DNA of 64,000 bases from NCBI RefSeq assembly GCF_009914755.1, contig NC_060935.1, one strand, 5' to 3'. The notes under the pieces were generated by a model. That model ran no database searches. It had not been told where the DNA came from and saw only the letters and a list, made by a program, of their open reading frames with translations. Each line of letters starts with the position of its first letter. The stretch's first letter is position 1. Positions 54,884 to 64,000 of this stretch are shown here, in pieces. The DNA is from the human T2T-CHM13v2.0 reference genome, Homo sapiens. The translations under genes were made by a program, and so were the position numbers.

Positions 54884-55770
54884 CTTTATTGAGATATAGT
54901 TCATATAACATACAATTCACTCATTCAAAGTATACAATTCAACTGATTTTAGTTTGTTCACAGAGTTGTACAACAATTACTACAATCAATTTTAGAACAT
55001 TTTCATCACCCCAGAAAAGAAATCCTGTGTCCTTTAGCAGTCACCTCCAATCTCCCCATCTCCCCAGTTCTATACAACCACTCATATAATTTCTTTTCTC
55101 TCTAGAAACAAATGACTATTCTGGACTTTTTGTATAAATAAAATTATGCAAGAAATGGTCTTTTGCGACTAGCTTCTTTCACTTGGTATAATGTTTTCAA
55201 GGTTCATCCATGTTGTAACATGTATTAGTGTTTTATTTTTTTTAATTGCCGAATATTATTTCATTATATGGCTTGACTATATTCTACTTATCCATTATTC
55301 AAGTATCTTTTAATAAGGTATATGTTTGTTTCTTTTTTGGACTATTTTGAATAATGTTGCTATAAATATTTATGTGAAAGTTTTTGTGTAGACATACATT
55401 TTTATTTCTTCTGGTTATGTCTCGGGGTGGAATTACTGAATATTAGGGTAACCACACCCAAACTTTTGAGGAACTGACAGACTTTTTTTGAAAACGGCTG
55501 TACCATTTTTTCATTTTCCTATATACGAGGTTTCCAGTTTCTCTACATCCTCATGAATACTGGCTATTATCTGTCTTTTTTATTATGGCGAATGAGAGTG
55601 ATATCTCATTATGACTTTGGTATTTATTTCCCTAATGATCAGTGATGACAAGCATCTTTTCAGGTGCTTATTGACTATCTGTGTATTTTCTTTAAGTGAA
55701 TGTCTATTCAGATTTTTTGCTCACTTAAAAAATTGGTTTGTCATTTTATTATAAAATGCAAGAGTTCCTT
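54884..55770 (-). mobile_element. L1MB (L1MB7/8-like) 3' end, antisense
   Basis: 'ctttattgagatatagttcatataacatacaattcactcattcaaagtatacaattc...aattttagaacattttcatcaccccagaaaagaaa...aatgttttcaaggttcatccatgttgta'. Confidence 0.9.
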
Positions 55771-55911
55771 CCCTGTTGCTTCCTTGTTAATGATTGTAGA
55801 GGGTAATTTAGAATGTTCAATGTATATTTCAACACATTATAAATCATTAGAACAAAATAAATTCTATAGTTCTACCTAAGAGTGAAAGTATTTCTGTATC
55901 TTTTTCTTTTC

Positions 55912-55920
55912 TGTGTGTGT

Positions 55921-55958
<38 letters not shown>

Positions 55959-56213
55959 CGGAGTTTCACTCTTGTCATCCAGGCTGGAGTACAAAGGCGT
56001 GATCTTGGGTTCAAGCAATCCTCCTGCCTCTGCCTCTTCAGTAGCTGGGATTACAGGCACCCACCACCATGTCCGGCTTATTTTCGTATTTTTAGTAGAG
56101 AAGGGGTTTCACCATGTTGGCCAGGCTGGTCTTGAGCTCCTGACCTCAGGTGATCCACACACCTTGGCCTCCCAAAGTGCTGGGATTACAGGTGTGAGCC
56201 CCCATGCCTGGCC
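55912..56213 (-). mobile_element. AluSq-like with a (CA)n tail and a small right-arm deletion
   Basis: The (TG)n tract at 55912-55957 replaces poly-T. 'gatcttgg|gttcaag' lacks the ctcactgcaacctccgcctcc segment. TSD tgtatctttttctt (55895-55908) / tgtatccttttctt (56214-56227). Confidence 0.95.
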
Positions 56214-58625
56214 TGTATCCTTTTCTTATCTCCAGCAATCTCACAGATGCCCATTAAAACTTCCATTTGTGTGTTGCATGTTGGAACCCATGTACAGTCA
56301 TTGGTCATATTTTTAAATGGGCAAGGCTTTTGGTGAATGGTCTGCTTGTCTCTAACCCAAAATATAGAAAACCTTAGAGCTAAATAGAAACACTTGAACT
56401 GTCTGCTGTTTTTAGTTCTGAGACAAGTTTGAAGATAGATTCTTTCTAGATAGGTACAGTAAAAAAAGAACAATGAGACTTCATTGTGCAGGGTAAATGC
56501 TCAATAAATGTTGGTTGCAGGAATAAATGCACAGAAGGCCTTTGTGGGGCATTGAATTGTAAGTGCTTGTCTTTGTTCGTTTAGCAAAGCAGATGAAGGG
56601 GCAGAATTATTTCCTTCTTGGTCAGAGAGTTTTTGATCTTCTGAAGCCAGAGTCAATAATACTAATATCTTGATGGCCCTGAATGTTTTTCCAAATTTGG
56701 ACAGGGAGGAAGCTCATCTGCAGATTGATAGCCCTATCTACAAATGGGTCTATTTCCCAGTGTAGGTCATAATATATACATGAGATGGTTTCTATCCAGG
56801 TCTGGAAGAGAAACAGATCTAAGTTCTATGTGATTGTCCGACCAATTGCCTACTCATAGATCCAGAAGGAGGCTTAAAAGTTATTTGTTCAGCAATTCTA
56901 TTACCCTTGCAGTTACCACTCCCTTTCTGAAGATAAAACTTGCATTTCCTTTGTTTCCACCGCTGGTTGCCTATTCTTTGTCTCTTCCTTGACGTTATTC
57001 AATTATAAGTAGTAGAAAGGGACAGAGCTTCAATTTCTGCAACATATTGGCTGTTTAATTGCGGGCAAGTCACTTAGCCTCCTTGAGTCTGTTTCCTCTT
57101 TCATACATTTGGGATGCTAAATATAACACACTTCCTCCCTCCTGTTCAGGACTGTTGTGAATATCAGTTTCTATAAGGGAAAGCACTGTGCAAAAGGCTA
57201 AATTCAAAACAAATTTTAGTTGTGGTTGCTATAATTATCTGGTAACCTCCAATCAACAGCATTAGTTGCTTCGTGTTTTCTTTTCTTTTCTTTTTTTTTT
57301 TTTTCATTTCCAGTTTTGTTAACATGGCATTTGAATTGAGGTTAAAACAAATTACTAAAATAAAGGTTCGAGATAAATGGCAGATTTTTTGGCTGTAGGT
57401 TTCTTCTCTGCTAACATAGACCATAGAAGTGTTTGCTGGAAAATAACCATGGGTACAAAGACTTTGCCTCCCTGACCAAAAAAAACCAGAATTGAGTGCT
57501 TTTGTTGATAGTGGTCCTTCTGGTGGTGGCAAGATCAAGGAGCCTCAGCATGCCTCTAAACTGTGCATGAGAGAGCCTGCCTCTTTCCAGTCAGATAGTG
57601 GAACCAGAAGAATCCTGGATCTGTACATTCCTGGTTACAATCCCTCCATTTCTGAATAACATAAAAAAAAGTCAGATCCTAGGTGGGCTGGCTTCTTTTT
57701 AGTTGGCCAAGAGGAGAAATCCAAGGAGTGAGTAAAAGCATCTCCCGCAAAGAACTGAGCTGGGCTTTGTTTAAGTCACTAATGAAGAGAAAATCTTAGA
57801 AGGTATCAAGCCAAAGCTACTGAAATTAAATTATGGGTAACTTTCAAGAAGGAGGAGGTAATTCCCAACTTGGAAACAAGCCAGAAATGAGAGATTGCCC
57901 CCATTTATTCCATTCGAAATGCCACAGGAGTTGAATGACCACAAAGACAATATTTTCCAGGAAATGAAAACCACTAATGGGCACTATTTTGGTAATTCAA
58001 ATACTTTCTTTCATGATAAACACCTGCTCCTTTTGGAAACAGATTTAATGATGATGTTTACCCATTTATATTTGTATACTGCTGAGCCCACTGACAGCAC
58101 TCAATAAATAATAAATAATGATAATAATAATTCTGATCCAAAGTCTTCAGGAGGAAAAAATAAGAACCAAAGATTTATTGTCGGCATATCCTGTAAAAAT
58201 CGATCTGGCTCTTTAAATAGAAGAAGTCCTTGAGGGGAGATAATGCATTGATTTATGATTCAAAGAAAATGTAATTTTAAGAATTACAATAATAACAGCA
58301 ATAATCAATGTCCTATATGCCCCATAATGAAAACAGAAAGAAAAAGAAAACAACACTTAGAACAATACAAGCTATTACTTTAGAAAAAGAGGAAGTTTTC
58401 AAAAGCATGATACTTTTAAGTTACTGGATTCAGCAACAGGCTCTGTCCTAGATATAAATGTCCACATTTTGTTCATTTTTTGAGAAAGAATGTTGCCTAG
58501 TTGAGGTTAGGGGAGAAGCTAATATACCTTGATGTAACTGTCTAAGTCTGTCCAAACCTGACTCCCTCCACTCATTGAAGCCGATGGCCATTCCTTCCCT
58601 TCCCTTCCCTTTCCCCTTCCCCCAC

Positions 58626-59570
<945 letters not shown>

Positions 59571-62500
59571 TACAGGGAGGAGGATACTCATGGGGGAAAA
59601 TGCTAGTAACTTCAAATTTAATACTCTTTGGCCTTTAGTAAAACTCTGACTGTTTCCATATTCAGCATCACCCTAGCATTGACCACCATTATTCTAATCC
59701 ATAGAAGTCTCCTCCTGTATTGTGCATGGCAGGTAGCAGCGGTTCAATAAATGCTCATTGGAGGCCATTGCTTAAGTAAAAACAGCACCCGTGAGAAAAG
59801 ATGCTGGAATCCTGCACATGTATGTGTGCCTTTCTGCAAAACCCCAGCTTGTCCTTGCGGAACCTCATTCTGACTTTGAAAAACATTTCTTCAATATATT
59901 AAAGTTCCTTTGGATTCTATTTCCGCATTCATTATGACACCCAATCAAGTGCCATGGACAAAATTAATGAATATGTTCTGCCATCAATCACACAGTTCAT
60001 AAAACATCTCCATGGTATCTGTGTAGGATTCAATTAGCATGGGAAGAAGTATAGGATTAAAAGTTATCATGGAAGTGGTCTTTGTCTTCAAAAGTCACAT
60101 TTACTTCTACATTTTAAAATTGCCTGCTTATGCCTCTTATGTACCTTCATCTTCCCATAAGATTATAAGCTCTATAAGGACTAGGGACACATTTGTCTTC
60201 TTCATAGCTATATTCTCCCTCACCAAGCAGAGTCTTAACACATAGTATATGCTCAATGAATATCTGTCACATGAATGATATATATTGCCATACTAAACCA
60301 ACAATGGTCTTGAAAGGTAGCGCACTCATAGACTACAATATTTCTACCTTTTCTCTAAGTCAAAGCAATTCCAAATGCTTCCTTGAGCTTAAGGGCTCAG
60401 AGAATATAAATTTAAGGTAGTGAGTTGAGACTTTTGTTTGTTAAATTCCTTTGCAAGAAACTTTAGTTTTAAAATATTCACGAGCTGCTGAGATCAGTAT
60501 ACACCTGTGTCTTAGCAAATTGAAGAAGGAACTAAATAGGATCAGTGAAAATAAATGTAGGAGGAACAAGGGGGCTTAACTAATTCTTCTTAATGACTTT
60601 GGGGTTTACTGCACCAAACCAGGTGTGGAATTTCCTGGACTCCCTAAATCGATTCTGCCCCTGAGCCTTGCTAGGTGTTATTAGTGGATTTCTCAAACAC
60701 GTTGGTGATTTTAATGTCAGTTTAATGCATCCATTCAAGCAGCTGTTCAGTCCAACTCTTTATCTTTTCTCCATGGGGACTTCAGTGACTGGGTTTCCAC
60801 CCTCCACCCAGCGATCCTTTCAGAGGCTCTGGAGAGATGCTCATACATATTCATCTTTTCAAAAGTGAGAAGACAAAATCTAAGCCCCTTGGTGAAGGCT
60901 ATTTTCTAACTCTCTTGCCAGGTAGACTGCTTGATACCAGAGGGGATAGGTTGGTGACCTAAGCACCAACTCTGAAATGTAAAAATACTTTGCCCCTTAA
61001 TAGCACTGCTCACTGAGAGATTTATTGACAGTCAAATATTATTTCTTCTTTCTTATGCAAAGCCAGCATAGAGTAATGGAAGAAAAGGGCAATGTTTGTG
61101 AGGAGGGTGAGGGACAATTGAGACCATCCCACAGCTACAGCAAGTCAAAGAAAGACTAATCTGCGAGCCAAGATGCATAGTCAATTGCCCAGTTGCACTG
61201 TGGTTGGGCACTCATAATTGATAAGCCTCTGAAATACTAAAGAGCTATTTATTTACATGTCTGAGGCATAAGGACCTGTTCCTGTAACTGCAGTGACCCC
61301 AATGGCTTACTGGAAGCAGGCGCAATTCTGTGTACAATTTGACATTACTCAAAGAGAGGGCATCTTGCCTTTTCTAGTAAAGACAGGGTGCAGAGACCGC
61401 AAAACCAAGGAAGCCAATCCAACTGGGAGTGAATTGCCTGGAGTGTGTTGTTTTACTTCAAATCAGTACACTCTCAGAAATGTGCTGTCTTAGTTAAATT
61501 AAGTTTCTCCCCCAGTGGAAGATAGAATCTATTGAAACACCTATAAAATATTTTATACAATATGGCATTTTAGCAGGCAAACAATTTTTCTCCACTACAC
61601 AATCTCTCTTCCTTACCGGCACCCTGAGTGATACCATCAGGTATAATGGATCCTTGGAATCTCATTCTATGTAATCTGAAAGCCTTGGCGAGGTGAAACT
61701 ATTAAATTGTTGCTTTACTTGTAGAATGATACATTGTCCTTTATCTAAGAAAGGATCAATTCTTTGGTAAGAGATCATTAAACCTTAATATGTTCACTCA
61801 TTAAAGGCAGCTACCTTTTCATTTCAAAGTCCTCTACCAAACTCAGCACATGGTGCCTGCCTAATAAACGTGACAATAGGAGAGCTGCCATAATGCTAAG
61901 CCTGCTAGTGTGGACTCATTACCACATCTCACTGCTTCTCATGGGTGACTAAGGTCTGGAAATGCCTAGATAATAAGCCACTTGCTCAATTAGATGGGAA
62001 TGACTAATCACAGGAGTGAGCCAGTCTTTAGGTTGGTCATGGAACTCTTCTCTCTGGAAGGCTGACAAATGGTGTTTATGCCAATGAATTCCGAGTCAAT
62101 AGCTACATTGATGCAGCTGGTATTGAACTAGCAAGAGCTTGAGATCCAGCAAGTCTGAGTCACCATCTCTTTCACAAGTGCTTGTGTGTGATCAACTTTA
62201 CTGATGCCTTGCTTCAATGGAACAAGCGTGATCCGAGTAGGACGCCTCCCCAAACAGCCTTTAGTCAAAGAACGGGTGAAAAAGGGAGAAAACAGGCATA
62301 TATCTGGGACGTTCATAGCCTGAAAAGAAGGCACATGGCAGACACTAAAATGCCTTCCTCCAGGAGGCTTCACTGCACAACCGCCAGGCCTACTCACAAA
62401 ACCTATCAACCCAGACAGACGACCTATTTTCAAGGTACTCCTTCCCCTGTGTAAGGTCCACACTTCTACGCTAGCAGAAAATAAATGAAATGATATTTTT

Positions 62501-62849
62501 CAACCTTCCTAGAATAAACAAAAACTCACATGGATATCCTTCCAAAATGGGTTCAAAGGATTTCTATCTCATTCAACGATTTTTATATTGATGGATATGA
62601 TGAAGCTGTTTAAAACTCTATTCAATTATGATTGCTGGTCCTGTACAATAACCCGCAGTGGGGAGATGTGTTTTCATAGCAAGACGTGTGAAAAATCTTC
62701 AGGAGTTTTGTAGTTTTCTCACAGTTCTGAGTTTTAAAAAGTGAAATGGCTGTTTAACAAAAGGACATTCGATCATACATTGCATTTTGTTTCCACAGTA
62801 GGTACATTTAGCAAGTAAAGAATCAGAACAAAAGAGACAAAATGGCTCT

Positions 62850-63320
62850 GCTCTGCTCTAGGGAGCCCATATCTGGTGACAACATGTAATAGGAGACTGT
62901 ACAAACCAAGACATTGGGCATGAAAGAGCCGGAAATGAGAAGAACTTCACGATTGGGAACTAGATGGACATGAAGAAAGGCGTTGTCAGGGGAGACAAGA
63001 GGGCAGCGTGGGAACACGTGAAGCACTGTGGAGAGGTGGACTCACATCTATTCTGTTGTCTCCCAGGGCAGGACTAGTATTAGCATGTGGATTTTACAGA
63101 GAGACCATGGGAGTGTGATGGGATGAGGCCCATTTCCATAGCCACAGCTACTGGGAGCAACAGGAGCTGTGTCAGGTAGCAGACATGCTTAGGCCCTTAG
63201 GGAGGGCCTGGCAGAGGCTGCTTGAATGCATGCTGTGGAGGCGTAGAAGATGTGTATTCTGGATTGGGTGCATATGAACCAATGAGCTGCAAGTTTTCTT
63301 CTAATACAGATAGTATATGA
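62850..63320 (+). mobile_element. L3/CR1 LINE 3' fragment
   Basis: 'ccagggcaggactagtattagcatgtggattttacagagag...ggcagaggctg...gtagaagatgtgtattctggattgggtg' follows the L3 3' layout. Confidence 0.5.
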
Positions 63321-64000
63321 ATCCCTAAATCCATCTCTGTATCTTAAAATAGTTTATTTGGGAAGGTACATAACTCAAAGCACTTAAATAAATAGCTTAC
63401 TCTCCTGTACACCAAGAAACACAAACAACATGATGGATAAGAGAAGAGAAGGATTACTTTCCCAGCAACAAAATAATGCATATAAAAAAAGGAGAAGTGT
63501 TAAGCTGGCTAACTGTAAACAACGGGGGGCTCTAGTTCACACAGACATTTTGGGCAAACCTAGGTCTTGAGGGGTAGAAAAAACTCAGGAAAAGAATCAG
63601 AACCACCTATGCAGGAGGTGGGGAGAGGGTGGCAAGAGGGAATTGTAGGTGGAGTTCTTTAGAGGATCTTACAATAGTTTCTTGCTTAAAATTAGCTCTG
63701 GGGGAAAACAAACAGAAGAATATATTGTTATATGTTGCTCTTGGAAATTACCTTTGCTTTTATTATTGTCTTATAAGTAATAAATTATTTTTTGTTTTTT
63801 AGTTTTAAGAAATTTTTTTCTTGTGATAAGATTCACAGTTCAGTGCTTCAACATACACATATGACGCTACAGTCGCCTAGTGATGGAAATCCAGTGACAG
63901 AGAGGCAGGGGAACAGTTAGCTGGATAGATGAGCTAAACAAGCCAACCCTCTATCTTGCAAAAGGACTGAGGGGAGGGGAGTGCACAGCTATTCTGAGGT

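Overview
This window is primate genomic DNA, probably human or another catarrhine (it carries AluJ, AluS and AluY elements). I find no recognisable protein-coding exon, RNA gene or CRISPR array. The listed ORFs are chance ORFs or come from Alu and microsatellite sequence. The window looks like a gene desert or the middle of a large intron, and I cannot identify the locus. It holds 11 Alu segments, many old MIR, L2 and L3 fragments, three L1M 3' fragments, three MaLR solo LTRs and two hAT MITEs (MER5A, MER53). Repeat-free islands rich in homeodomain, PBX-HOX, E-box and CTCF motifs lie between these repeats and look like developmental enhancers. The most notable observations are: (1) a ~515-bp compound GAA/GAC/GAAGGA repeat grown from a tandem Alu tail, with about 30 undecayed CpGs; (2) a non-repeat element at ~38.3-38.55 kb with a perfect 14-bp inverted repeat built from PBX-HOX/TALE-like sites, which extends into an imperfect long hairpin; (3) a 36-bp sequence duplicated 2.45 kb away, possibly a templated insertion; (4) a 62-bp tandem duplication carrying CTCF-like motifs; (5) a three-monomer chimeric Alu inside a single target-site duplication. 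Repeat subfamily names and the boundaries of old repeats were judged by eye against remembered consensus sequences and are approximate. I found no strong evidence for a wholly new biological system.
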